Positions 31,651-40,976 of a stretch of 51,845 bases of DNA are shown here, piece by piece. This DNA is from Thioalkalispiraceae bacterium. GTDB taxonomy: Bacteria; Pseudomonadota; Gammaproteobacteria; UBA6429; Thiohalophilaceae. Positions within the stretch are counted from its first letter, which is position 1. Every line of letters starts with the position of its first letter. The notes under the pieces were generated by a model, which was not told the origin of the DNA, made no database searches, and worked only from the letters and a program-made list of their open reading frames with translations. The stretch covers positions 1 through 51,845 of the forward strand of contig JASFOS010000001.1 of the NCBI GenBank assembly GCA_050116415.1, given 5' to 3'. The position numbers were made by a program, and so were the translations under genes.

Positions 31651-32301
31651 ATGATCATGAAGTCATCAAATTCTAGTTGCATACAGATATTTTCCAAGGC
31701 CGCAATAGAAGGGTATTGTAAAACACGGCTTATACCTGAAATTGGTAATGCTCTGACATTGTCATTACACAAGCAGATGCTAAACAAAACGGTTGAAACC
31801 TGCTCGAAAATTTCGCAGGTGGATATACAGTTATGGTGTACACCCACAACAGACCATCCTTATTTCAGGTATTTATATCGTAATTATTCATTGCAACTCC
31901 ATCAGCAGCAGGGCAGTAACCTGGGTGAGATAATGAATCACGCGTCTCATCAGGCATTTACTGATGCTGGATATGATAATGTCGTACAAATAGGAACTGA
32001 TTGTCCATACATGACCAGTGAATATATTGAAAGAGCTATAGACGCACTTGGTGATGAAGATGCATGCGTTATCGGTCCCGCAACGGATGGCGGTTACGTG
32101 CTGTTTGCTATGAATAGAGAGCGTCCTGAAATATTAGATAAAATTCAGTGGGGTACGAGATATGTGCTGCAGAAGCTCGAGGACAATTTACAGTTATACA
32201 ATGTAAAATACAGCTGTCTGGAAGCGTTGAACGATATTGATACTTATTCTGACTATGAAGAATGGATGTTAAGTCAAAGACAGATATTCAGGCATTATTA
32301 A
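31651..32301 (+). CDS. DUF2064 / rSAM-selenodomain-associated transferase 1 (TIGR04282-type)
   Basis: IQIFSKAAIEGYCKTRLIPEIG matches the DUF2064 N-terminal K.P..G..KTRL motif. IGTDCP and DGGY are also present. Confidence 0.7.
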   Translation: MIMKSSNSSCIQIFSKAAIEGYCKTRLIPEIGNALTLSLHKQMLNKTVETCSKISQVDIQLWCTPTTDHPYFRYLYRNYSLQLHQQQGSNLGEIMNHASHQAFTDAGYDNVVQIGTDCPYMTSEYIERAIDALGDEDACVIGPATDGGYVLFAMNRERPEILDKIQWGTRYVLQKLEDNLQLYNVKYSCLEALNDIDTYSDYEEWMLSQRQIFRHY

Positions 32302-32465
32302 AAAATATTTGAAGCAATTTCATTGATGAATTTACAGTAAAAATAAGGCTGTGCTGTCTATATCCTAATGAAGTATCCTGTTAACTGGAATAATTAAAAA
32401 TGACATTCACCATATGGTTTATTGGAATCAAGCTATGAATCAATCCAATTCATACAGGATTCGTT

Positions 32466-33356
32466 TTATGATGGAAAGAAATCAATTGGATATGTCACAA
32501 CTTCAGTATCTACGTCCTTGGCAGCGAAACGCATCAGCTTAACGCGTGCAATAATCTTGCTTTCCAGGCTTTTATTGCCAAGTTCACTGGATAAAATTTT
32601 ACAAGCGGTAACCTGACCAGAGGGGCTTATAGTCAACTCAATGGTTACACGACCCTGGATCGTGGGATCTCTCCTTAAACTCCGGTTATACATCGAGTAG
32701 AAAGAGCCTTTGTATTTCTGGAATACTGCTTCAATTTCTTCCCGGGTACGTCGCGCTTTTCCAGTCTGTCTGTTGTATCTTGTCTTGGCGACGGTTATGT
32801 TACTGGAGACTGAAGATGTTGCATGGCTATCAAGTTTCTGTTCAACAGTAGCAGAAGTCAGACGACTTTTATCCACGCCGCCGCTAAGTTTTTTAGCTGA
32901 ACTTGAAATCAGTTTCGATGCATTATATTTCTTAACCTGCTTGTTGACGGTCTGTGTTTTATCTATTTTCCCCAGGTCAAACGATTCACGTAAATCTGCA
33001 AGATCATCACTGAGCGCTAATAGACCTGATTGCTCAATCTTCTTTTTGACAGGTTTTTTGGCTTCTTTTTTGGCAGTTTTCTTTTCGGTTTTTTTTCTGA
33101 TTTCTTTCTTTGGCTCTTTTTTGATTATTTTCGGTTTCTTCTTCTCCTGTTTTTTCTTGACGATAAGCTTTGCAAGTCTTGGCGAAACCTGGTTAAGTTG
33201 CTTTTTTTCGGCTTCAGGAACCGGAAGAAAAGGTATAATTATGCCAAGTATGCAGAATGCAATAATTGAGCGGCGTAATATTTTCTTGAAATTCTTATCA
33301 TCATTCGTCTCGTACCAGGGAAATGATGCGTCGTAGTAAAAACTGCTATTCTGCAT
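32466..33356 (-). CDS. TonB-like energy-transducer with Lys-rich spacer and TonB/AgmX-type C-terminal domain
   Basis: One N-terminal TM (IIAFCILGIIIPFL). Residues ~66-106 are almost pure K/E/P/T. The C-terminus (GRVTIELTISPSGQVTACKILSS...) has a TonB_C-like beta-alpha-beta pattern. Last gene of the ExbB/ExbD operon. Confidence 0.7.
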   Translation of the reverse strand: MQNSSFYYDASFPWYETNDDKNFKKILRRSIIAFCILGIIIPFLPVPEAEKKQLNQVSPRLAKLIVKKKQEKKKPKIIKKEPKKEIRKKTEKKTAKKEAKKPVKKKIEQSGLLALSDDLADLRESFDLGKIDKTQTVNKQVKKYNASKLISSSAKKLSGGVDKSRLTSATVEQKLDSHATSSVSSNITVAKTRYNRQTGKARRTREEIEAVFQKYKGSFYSMYNRSLRRDPTIQGRVTIELTISPSGQVTACKILSSELGNKSLESKIIARVKLMRFAAKDVDTEVVTYPIDFFPS

Positions 33357-33360
33357 ACGT

Positions 33361-33837
33361 TCAACCTTCTGATTTCTTCAGTACAGCGAATGATATATTC
33401 TGAACGTTCGTAGCGGCTACGCTTAGCATAATACTCTTAAGAACAGAGTAGGGAATGGATTTATCACCCATGATCGTCACACTACGTTTTTGTTTTTCAA
33501 GCTTATCAATGCCACGAGATTTGAGCTGCGTGTTTATAAATTTACCAATGCGTTTCTCATCAAGTTTGTTAACATCAATCGCAATGCTCTTGCCAAGTAA
33601 CTCTACCTTGTTATTATTTACAACGATAACAATGTTCTGTTTTGGCGTTTTTGTGGCGATTGACTCAGGCAATGCTATATTTTTTGGTTGAGATACGACC
33701 TGGCTCTCACTTGAAGTAACAAGCAGGAAAAATACCAAAATTGTGAAAATATCCATTAAGGAAACCATGTTGAGTGAAAATGATTTCTCTTTTGAGCGGC
33801 GATGATGCCTGGCCATTCTGTTAGCTTTTACCGACAT
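33361..33837 (-). CDS. ExbD/TolR-family protein (paralog b, TM Asp retained)
   Basis: 158 aa. LNMVSLMDIFTILVFFLL aligns to ExbD INVTPFIDVMLVLLIIF, with Asp29 (GAT, 33751-33753). Confidence 0.85.
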   Translation of the reverse strand: MSVKANRMARHHRRSKEKSFSLNMVSLMDIFTILVFFLLVTSSESQVVSQPKNIALPESIATKTPKQNIVIVVNNNKVELLGKSIAIDVNKLDEKRIGKFINTQLKSRGIDKLEKQKRSVTIMGDKSIPYSVLKSIMLSVAATNVQNISFAVLKKSEG

Positions 33838-33846
33838 AATTGCATC

Positions 33847-34341
33847 CTAGGGTGCGTCACCTAATGAAATTGAAGGGAACAACTCAACCTCAACATATTC
33901 ACCGTCTATATTCGTTTTATATGAACGCGATGCGTCCATCGTCGAGATTATTTCATCATATTTGATGTTCTTGTCAGATAAAATGTTGACTGCGGTAACA
34001 TAAGGTATCTTTTCTTTTATCTGAACAAGGTATTTTTTAAGCAGGTTATTAGTATCCTTATGTTTTTTATCTATTTTACCAATAACATTACCGGTACTAT
34101 CGCTTAATACAATGGTATTATTTTTGAGTATGACGTTGATGTGAGTGATCTTTTTTTCATTTTTCTTAGTCGTTGATTTTGAAGCGGAATCAGGCAAATT
34201 CAACTCAATAATTGTCAAATGTGAAAATACAGCAGTCATGAGCAAGAATGGCACGAGAACGACCATCAGGTTCATAAATGCAGTGATATTCAGCTCTGCC
34301 TGCTGTATGCCTGTACGTTTTATTTTATGCTTTCTTCGCAT
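33847..34341 (-). CDS. ExbD/TolR-family protein (paralog a, TM Asp replaced by Asn)
   Basis: 164 aa. LNITAFMNLMVVLVPFLL has Asn24 (AAC, 34270-34272) at the position of the conserved proton-relay Asp. Confidence 0.85.
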   Translation of the reverse strand: MRRKHKIKRTGIQQAELNITAFMNLMVVLVPFLLMTAVFSHLTIIELNLPDSASKSTTKKNEKKITHINVILKNNTIVLSDSTGNVIGKIDKKHKDTNNLLKKYLVQIKEKIPYVTAVNILSDKNIKYDEIISTMDASRSYKTNIDGEYVEVELFPSISLGDAP

Positions 34342-34346
34342 TGCTG

Positions 34347-34979
34347 CTATGCCTTGGTGTTGTGCATCAGGATATTCGCAAATTTAACAGTTGCCATTTC
34401 CAGGCTATCAATGACTTCCGTGGTTTTTGTTTGTAACACGGCATAAATAAGCAGAAGGGGGATTGCTACCATTAACCCGAAGGCAGTGGTGTTCATCGCG
34501 ACCGATATACTGGTTGATAATATTTCTGCTTTTAGAGCAGGATCTACTTGAGCAACAGCGGTGAAGGCCTTGATAAGACCAATAATAGTACCAAGCAGCC
34601 CGAGTAATGTTGCAATATTTGCAAATGTGGCAAGATAGTGAGTTCTTCTTTCAAGACGAGGAATAACTTCAAGCATACTTTCTTCCATTGCGCTTTCAAT
34701 ATCTTCGCGTGATTTTGAGGTCTTGTAGCGCATCAAACCCTGGTAAAGCATTTTGTTAACCGCATGGTTTGATTTTGAAACCACGGAGTAGGCTTTTTGC
34801 ATATCACCCGACTGTAACAACTGTAATATCGTGTTTAATGATTTTCTGTTGTTTTTTCTGACCAGGGTAAGATAAAAATACCTTTCAATTGAAATTGCGA
34901 CACCTAGTGCCAGCACCAGCATTATGGGGTACATAAATGCACCACCATCATTAAAAAAGTTCACAATACTCGCATACAT
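34347..34979 (-). CDS. MotA/TolQ/ExbB proton-channel family protein
   Basis: 210 aa with 3 TM segments. LATFANIATLLGLLGTIIGLIKAF and AMNTTAFGLMVAIP are typical ExbB/TolQ motifs. Confidence 0.9.
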   Translation of the reverse strand: MYASIVNFFNDGGAFMYPIMLVLALGVAISIERYFYLTLVRKNNRKSLNTILQLLQSGDMQKAYSVVSKSNHAVNKMLYQGLMRYKTSKSREDIESAMEESMLEVIPRLERRTHYLATFANIATLLGLLGTIIGLIKAFTAVAQVDPALKAEILSTSISVAMNTTAFGLMVAIPLLLIYAVLQTKTTEVIDSLEMATVKFANILMHNTKA

Positions 34980-34994
34980 TTTAATACTCCGATA

Positions 34995-35261
34995 TTATTG
35001 GTATCTCTGGTGATTTTCGATTCTTTTTAAAAAAACATTCCGGTCAACAGGCAGCAGCTGGCTTTCTATGAGCGACTCATGAAGTTCCGGGTTTAAATTA
35101 GGCTGTGGTGTTTTTTTCCAGGGAACGATATAGAGCACATTAGGCATCTCGCTATTGCCGATTACAGCCGTACCATCCATGATAAGTTTTTCTTTTTCTT
35201 GTGCAGATAAAGGCTGCACGAGAATTGACAATGAAAACATCATTAGCAGTAATAATCTCAT
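34995..35261 (-). CDS. small secreted protein (88 aa)
   Basis: Start at ATG 35261 (GGAGAG RBS; ATGA overlap with the upstream stop). Signal peptide MRLLLLMMFSLSILVQPLSA|QE. Confidence 0.6.
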   Translation of the reverse strand: MRLLLLMMFSLSILVQPLSAQEKEKLIMDGTAVIGNSEMPNVLYIVPWKKTPQPNLNPELHESLIESQLLPVDRNVFLKRIENHQRYQ

Positions 35262-35854
35262 TTTGCTCTCCTTGTTACTTCGACAATCCATTTGTCGATA
35301 TTTTGGTCATTTCCAGCCAACTGCTTGTATTTTTCATAGTAGGGCAGAGCTTTATTCGCATTGTTAAGGTAGATATCATACAGGATGGCTATGTTCAAAT
35401 AGGCATCCGGATACTTGCCGTTATTTGCTATCGATGTGTTGTAGGCGGCAATGGCCTCATCAAATTTGCCAATTTTTCGCAATATCACACCATGAATATT
35501 TTGTGACTGGTAATTTCCAGGTCGTATTGAAATACTTTTCTCTATATATTCCTTTGCTGTATCAAGTTTTGCCTTATGCAAATAAATGATAGCCATATTG
35601 GTATAGAGGTCTGGATGCGTATACTCAGGTTCCAGGGCTAAAAACACCTCGGAAGCTTTGTCATAATCCTCACGCTTCATTAATTCGATTGCATAGTTAT
35701 AGCGCGGCGGCCTTTTATCATCGTTAATTATTGTACTGGAGCCACTGTTATCAACAGGTGAAGATGTACAGCCATATGATAATATGGCAAAAACGAGAAG
35801 GAATAACCAGCCTGTTTTTGTGAACTTATTCAACATAATGAACAAATCTCTCAT
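35258..35854 (-). CDS. TPR-repeat lipoprotein-like protein
   Basis: 198 aa. The signal peptide ends in ...AILSYG|C (lipobox-like). Several 34-aa TPR units follow (YDKASEVF..., LDTAKEYIEKSISIRPGN, FDEAIAAYNTSIANNGKYPDAY). Confidence 0.75.
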   Translation of the reverse strand: MRDLFIMLNKFTKTGWLFLLVFAILSYGCTSSPVDNSGSSTIINDDKRPPRYNYAIELMKREDYDKASEVFLALEPEYTHPDLYTNMAIIYLHKAKLDTAKEYIEKSISIRPGNYQSQNIHGVILRKIGKFDEAIAAYNTSIANNGKYPDAYLNIAILYDIYLNNANKALPYYEKYKQLAGNDQNIDKWIVEVTRRAK

Positions 35855-38594
35855 GTTTGTTGTAGCGGGCGGGTTGTAATTTACTTAGCGTATCAAGACT
35901 TCTTGATATCCATTTATTGATCCCGCCTTGCCTAGCGAGGCTAATATTCTTTTCATGTATATCTATCGATTTTTCTTCAAATGGATAGGCCTGGTCCTCA
36001 AGAATAATCGTGTACTGCATATACTCATCATCACTTAAACCAGGCGGGCGTTCTGAGGTCAGGATATCTTTTGATAATGCATAGTAAATATTGGCAATAT
36101 TATAGGTGGCCTCGGTGGTTAATTTGAATTCTCCCGCATCAATTGCTTGCTCATATTTCTTAAGTACATTTTGCATTAATGATTTCTTGCGCTTCAACGA
36201 TTTCTTTAACGGCTTTGTTAACTTGACTGCCTTGAATTTCTGGTAATCAAAATACGCGTATCTCAGGTTTGCACGCGCTACTGTATAATTAACATCTTTG
36301 GGTAGTGTCTTGTATGTTTTTTTCAGGGCGATGATCTTGTCTAACCAGTATTTTTCATTTTTTTGATTTTTTGTGTCCTGATAATAGCTTGCAATTTCGA
36401 AAACAGTATCAGCGTAATCGTTTAGTGGGATCTTGTAGACTTTCGCATATTCCTTCTGGATATTGACTGCTTTATCCCGGTTACCACCTTTTTTGTATAG
36501 ATCGGCAATATTGAGCAATATCTCACGCTTCGTTTCACGATCTTTTTCCTGGTTATAGATATATACAAACTCATCCGCGGCTTTTGTGTACTGTTTTTTA
36601 TTCAGGTAAATAAATGCGAGTTTTTCGTGTAAATTTTTCTTGTCAAACCCTTTAGAGCGGTTGTTCTTCAGGCTGATCAGTATGCTTTCTGCCTGATTAT
36701 TATCATTTTGCTTCATCAACAAGCTTGCAGCATCAAAGCTGGCAGTACCCGCGATTTCAGTACCTCCGTATGCTTTACCGACTCTGGTGAGCTTTTGTAT
36801 GGCTACAGCAGGGTTTGTATTAAATAGGCGCTTGGCATCAAGATAAGCAGCGGCAGCGGCTTTTTTCCATAGATCATTTTTCAGCCTGGGTTCAGAAATG
36901 GCATGGGCTTTTCTGTACCCATTTTCTGCTTCGGGATAATTTTCCAGTTCGAATGCAGAATGCGCAAAAATTAAAATCGCGGATGCATAAACCTTTTTGT
37001 CCTGGTTGTTTTTATTTACTAAAATTGATGAGGACGAATAAGCGGCCTGATATTCATGATCATCATATTGGTATTGCGAAGCTTTAAGTAAGACTTTATC
37101 GGCTTGTGGGTGCGAACCGAACTCATAGTAAAATTTCAAATGAGCGTTCTTTAGCCGGTTGCGCCAACGATGATCCCTGTTTCCTGGTTTTTCATATAGC
37201 GATATAGCCGCGTATGCTGCTTTAGAGTTTTTTGGGTTGTATAAGTAAGCTGTTTTTTCATACTCGTCTATAGCTTTTTTGTATTGTTGATTGTCATTAA
37301 GTAATTCTGCCAGTCTGAAATTGAGGCCCTGTGCCCGTGGTTGGGTTGCATAATGTGTCAGGTAGTACCTGTACCAATGTTCAGCTCGTTTACTGTTGGT
37401 TTTCTTCTGTTTGCCTTTACTATATGCGTGATAATATGTTGCCAAATCAATGACATTGTTTTCAATGGACTTGTTAAGACTATCCCATTCTTCTTTATCA
37501 ATATTTTTCTGATAGTGTGTACCTGGCCCAAAATTGTTGATAAACCTGACTTTTTCCGGGACAATTTGTTCACTTAAACCAGCCACCTGGTAGAGTGAGA
37601 TAATATTCTGATGGAATTTATAAGCATGTCGTGACTGCTTGTGCTTGTTTATAAATTCACGATAGGTGTCGATGGCGTCAACATAGCGTTTCTTGTTTTT
37701 GTAAAGTGTAGCAAGACTTGAATATAGTAACGGGGTATAGGGCCTGTTTCTGGTATATTTCACAATGTGTTGTGAGCCGCCCATGTAACTGAAAGAAAGA
37801 CTAATCGCACGCAAGACATCAGTAATCGCTTCCTTTTCTCCTTTGCTGACAGAGCTGGTAATTTGATAATCCGTTACCTGGTTGTTTTTGTAATAAAAAT
37901 CGACAAGTTTCATGAAGTGCTCAACAGAGATGCCATATCTTTCCTGCTTGAAATTTACCCACGCATATTTATACAGTGTTTTATTGAATAAATTCGTTTT
38001 TTTGTACTTTTCAGATAGTATCGTTTTATAGGCGTTTCCTGAGTCATGAAAGTTTCTTGTCGTGAACAAATATTCGCCACGTCTGAACTGTGTTTCCTGG
38101 AAATAGCTGCTTCCGCTATAATTATTAACCAGGTAGGTCAAGTACTGGAATGAGGTAGCGGGTTTCTCGATCAGTTCGTAGCCTCTGGATATTTGATAGA
38201 TGATGTAATCGTTATCAGGATCAGAAGGAAATTTAGAAACATAAAGCTTGTACGTGTTGATTGCATCGTCGATCATCATTTTGCCAGTACGATAATCTTC
38301 TCTATTAGTAGATACAATGAGACGTTCACCTTTGTCGATAAGCAGGTCACCATAGCGCCTTAAAACCTGTTTTTTATTTTTGGTATTAAGCTTCTCGTCA
38401 AGAAGATCGCGATATTTCGCTATAACAATATCTTCGTTCAAAGGCGTGCTGAATGTAGCTATGCTGAGCTCCTGGCCCAGGTTTGACTCAATATTATCGA
38501 TTTCACCAATTTTATCGTACTTGTATGAAGAACACCCATGCAGTAAAAGCAAGCCGGTAAAAAAAGTAAAAGTTAATTTATTCTGAAAAATCAT
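35826..38594 (-). CDS. very large TPR/BamD-YbgF-like repeat lipoprotein-like protein (922 aa)
   Basis: Signal peptide with LLLHG|C. Repeated Y..A...Y..F...YP helical-repeat pattern throughout. The start overlaps the upstream stop as ATGA (38591-38594). Confidence 0.7.
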   Translation of the reverse strand: MIFQNKLTFTFFTGLLLLHGCSSYKYDKIGEIDNIESNLGQELSIATFSTPLNEDIVIAKYRDLLDEKLNTKNKKQVLRRYGDLLIDKGERLIVSTNREDYRTGKMMIDDAINTYKLYVSKFPSDPDNDYIIYQISRGYELIEKPATSFQYLTYLVNNYSGSSYFQETQFRRGEYLFTTRNFHDSGNAYKTILSEKYKKTNLFNKTLYKYAWVNFKQERYGISVEHFMKLVDFYYKNNQVTDYQITSSVSKGEKEAITDVLRAISLSFSYMGGSQHIVKYTRNRPYTPLLYSSLATLYKNKKRYVDAIDTYREFINKHKQSRHAYKFHQNIISLYQVAGLSEQIVPEKVRFINNFGPGTHYQKNIDKEEWDSLNKSIENNVIDLATYYHAYSKGKQKKTNSKRAEHWYRYYLTHYATQPRAQGLNFRLAELLNDNQQYKKAIDEYEKTAYLYNPKNSKAAYAAISLYEKPGNRDHRWRNRLKNAHLKFYYEFGSHPQADKVLLKASQYQYDDHEYQAAYSSSSILVNKNNQDKKVYASAILIFAHSAFELENYPEAENGYRKAHAISEPRLKNDLWKKAAAAAYLDAKRLFNTNPAVAIQKLTRVGKAYGGTEIAGTASFDAASLLMKQNDNNQAESILISLKNNRSKGFDKKNLHEKLAFIYLNKKQYTKAADEFVYIYNQEKDRETKREILLNIADLYKKGGNRDKAVNIQKEYAKVYKIPLNDYADTVFEIASYYQDTKNQKNEKYWLDKIIALKKTYKTLPKDVNYTVARANLRYAYFDYQKFKAVKLTKPLKKSLKRKKSLMQNVLKKYEQAIDAGEFKLTTEATYNIANIYYALSKDILTSERPPGLSDDEYMQYTIILEDQAYPFEEKSIDIHEKNISLARQGGINKWISRSLDTLSKLQPARYNKHERFVHYVE

Positions 38595-40423
38595 TTTTTA
38601 TTCAACACGATCCGATCAGATACGCGCGCCACATCGAACTTGAAGGCGCGGTAATACGAGTCAATATTTTTGAATCGCTTATCCAGTTCAGCGGCAGCTG
38701 TTTTAATTAACTGTTCTTTAAGATTAACTGTAGTAGTTTCTAGTCGAGCATCCAGCTTCTTAAGCCTCGAGTAGAGCGAATCGATTGTGTTTTTATGCAT
38801 TGAATAGTTAAATTCCGAATTAGCAGAAACCTTGAGCGAAGCAATTTGTTCATCGAGTGCTTTTAGATGTTTGCGCGACTGTTTGAGGTTACTTTCTGTT
38901 TCCCAAATCCTGGTGTGATATTGCTGTGCGGCATTCCAGTAATTGATTCCCTTCATGAGATCAACTTTGTATTCATAGTCACCAAGATCTTCGTGTTTTT
39001 TAAGTTTTGTAATTGTGTCGGAAACATAGTTCAGGTCTTCTGAATACTCGGTCTCAGACTGCGTGTAAAGGCCTTCCACATCATGCGTAGCATTTATTTT
39101 ATTGAATTTTATCTCAAGTTTACCCAGTTTTTCGGCATAATCATTTCGTATATCACTATATTTAGTAGTGGAAATGGCTTTCTTCTTCTGCTTGAAGTGT
39201 TTGTCACGCTCTTTTAGCATGATATAAAATTCGGGTATCTGATTTTTCCAGTGGTTGACTGTCTCGCGCAGATTAAGCAGATCGATATAATGATTATAGA
39301 GTCCTGAGAAGTCCCTGTTGAAAGAAAGTTCAGCGAGTAAATATTTGTACTGTGGGCTAACAATGGTTATCTCGCCATTCTCATCTTTCCTGAAGTTATC
39401 AAAAAATAACTGGCTTCTTATTTTTTTGATCAGTTCATCCAGTTCTTTTTTTGTGTGCTGTATACTGACTACGCCATCATTCAGGACTTTTAGTGAATCT
39501 TCCAAATTACCATTCTGCTCAAGAATACGTGCGATCAATAAAATAGAATAAAATTGATAGATATCTTTCGATTCTCTTGTTTTAAGTTTGTTCAGCAATG
39601 AAAAAGCACGTTTGCTGTTGCCTGACATGGAATGGGCGAGGGCAGACAGGTATATCGCACTTTCCGCGAATAAACCATCAGCATTCATGTCATCGATATA
39701 TTTTATCGTGGATTTGTAGTCCTCGTTTTTGAAATGTAAATTAGCGAGGTGAAGCCTGGCTTTGTCTGCAATGCTGGCTTGCTCAATGTTTTCCGGTTTA
39801 TCTTCAGTCAACTTGATCAGGTATTTTTTTCCTTTTTCCGGGTTATTTTGTTTTAAATGAGCAATAGCAAGATTGAACAGGATATATTGATAGTTTGCAG
39901 AATCAGGGTTCGAGTTTTCTAACATGCGCTCAAGTTTAACTAAATTGTTATTGTGCACGTATACGTTAGATAGAATATTGGTTTTTTCCAATTTTCTGGT
40001 GCGGGGGAATTGTTCGCTGATTCTTTCGAGAGCAGCAGCAGAGTTGTTATAGTCGAAGTTGCGATAAAAGTCCCGACCGATATAAAACCAGATGATATTC
40101 CTTAATTCTTCATCCAGGCTGTCTGTGTTAATATTTTCAAATATCGTTTTTGCATCATAGTTGAGCCCATATGCCAGATAAATGCCACCCAGAAGTAACT
40201 TGTTTCTGGGTTCGAGCGTACTATTGTTATATTTTTCGTTATTGATCATTGCCTTGCTGAGCGCAGTGATGTAATCGCCACTATAATAATGAAACAGGGT
40301 GTTTTTATAGAATAATTCATTGGTATCATCGTGCTTATTTTCTTCAGCAGGAAGTGATGAAAGCAGCATCATCTGAAGCATAGAGAATGCCAATAGAAAC
40401 AACACCTGTTTACGAGAAAGCAT
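38591..40423 (-). CDS. secreted TPR-like plus coiled-coil protein (610 aa)
   Basis: Signal peptide (LLAFSMLQMMLLSSLPA). The N-terminal two-thirds carries TPR-like repeats. The C-terminal ~250 aa is rich in heptad-like K/E/L segments. Confidence 0.65.
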   Translation of the reverse strand: MLSRKQVLFLLAFSMLQMMLLSSLPAEENKHDDTNELFYKNTLFHYYSGDYITALSKAMINNEKYNNSTLEPRNKLLLGGIYLAYGLNYDAKTIFENINTDSLDEELRNIIWFYIGRDFYRNFDYNNSAAALERISEQFPRTRKLEKTNILSNVYVHNNNLVKLERMLENSNPDSANYQYILFNLAIAHLKQNNPEKGKKYLIKLTEDKPENIEQASIADKARLHLANLHFKNEDYKSTIKYIDDMNADGLFAESAIYLSALAHSMSGNSKRAFSLLNKLKTRESKDIYQFYSILLIARILEQNGNLEDSLKVLNDGVVSIQHTKKELDELIKKIRSQLFFDNFRKDENGEITIVSPQYKYLLAELSFNRDFSGLYNHYIDLLNLRETVNHWKNQIPEFYIMLKERDKHFKQKKKAISTTKYSDIRNDYAEKLGKLEIKFNKINATHDVEGLYTQSETEYSEDLNYVSDTITKLKKHEDLGDYEYKVDLMKGINYWNAAQQYHTRIWETESNLKQSRKHLKALDEQIASLKVSANSEFNYSMHKNTIDSLYSRLKKLDARLETTTVNLKEQLIKTAAAELDKRFKNIDSYYRAFKFDVARVSDRIVLNKK

Positions 40424-40437
40424 AAAACCAGAAACCC

Positions 40438-40974
40438 TTATTCCCAGAATTTTGAATCAAAATACGGTTGTTGTTTACCTTCATTATCAGTGATTTTGAA
40501 CTCAACAAAGGTGGGGTCGGGCGATTTTGTGATTTTTATGCTGCTGCCACGGCGATAATCACGATTGTTTGGTCCCTGGCCGACGAAAAAAGCGACAATT
40601 TCGTGCTCACCAGAAGCAAGGTTACCAAGGTAAATACGTTGCACACCTCCCCGTTTTAGTGCCTCAGACTCACTCTGCGTATATAGATGGTTGGCGACAG
40701 TTTTGTCATCGATCTTGATTTGCACGGAATCAAGTGAAAAATATTCACCAATATCCATGGAAAGGAAAACGGAAAACTGAGTGTTTGCAGGAAACAGCAG
40801 GTCTTCTTCCAGTATGAAGAGCTCCTTGTTTAACTGGATAATTTCTTTCTTAATATCCTGTACGTCTTTTGTAAGTTTGCCGGGTTCTTGTTCAGAAGCC
40901 ATGCTGAATGCTGAAACAAACAAAAGTACTGGAATAAGAATGATTTTAAATAATGACCTGGTTAAAGTATTCAT
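40438..40974 (-). CDS. secreted protein of unknown function (178 aa)
   Basis: Signal peptide (ILIPVLLFVSAFSMA|SE), a short coiled-coil, then a beta-rich region. Tightly coupled to apbE (2-nt gap). Confidence 0.6.
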   Translation of the reverse strand: MNTLTRSLFKIILIPVLLFVSAFSMASEQEPGKLTKDVQDIKKEIIQLNKELFILEEDLLFPANTQFSVFLSMDIGEYFSLDSVQIKIDDKTVANHLYTQSESEALKRGGVQRIYLGNLASGEHEIVAFFVGQGPNNRDYRRGSSIKITKSPDPTFVEFKITDNEGKQQPYFDSKFWE

Positions 40975-40976
40975 AA

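Noticed and set aside
32710-33336. 208-aa and 79-aa plus-strand ORFs rich in F/L/S.
   Set aside because: They are antisense to the Lys-rich (AAR-codon) spacer of the TonB-like gene. Complementary TTY codons give an open but meaningless frame.
33361-34979. ExbB/ExbD/ExbD read as a Tol-Pal or standard TonB uptake system.
   Set aside because: There are no TolA/TolB/Pal/CpoB genes and no TonB-dependent receptor or siderophore/B12 genes in the window. The operon is instead dominated by large TPR proteins (see the main finding).
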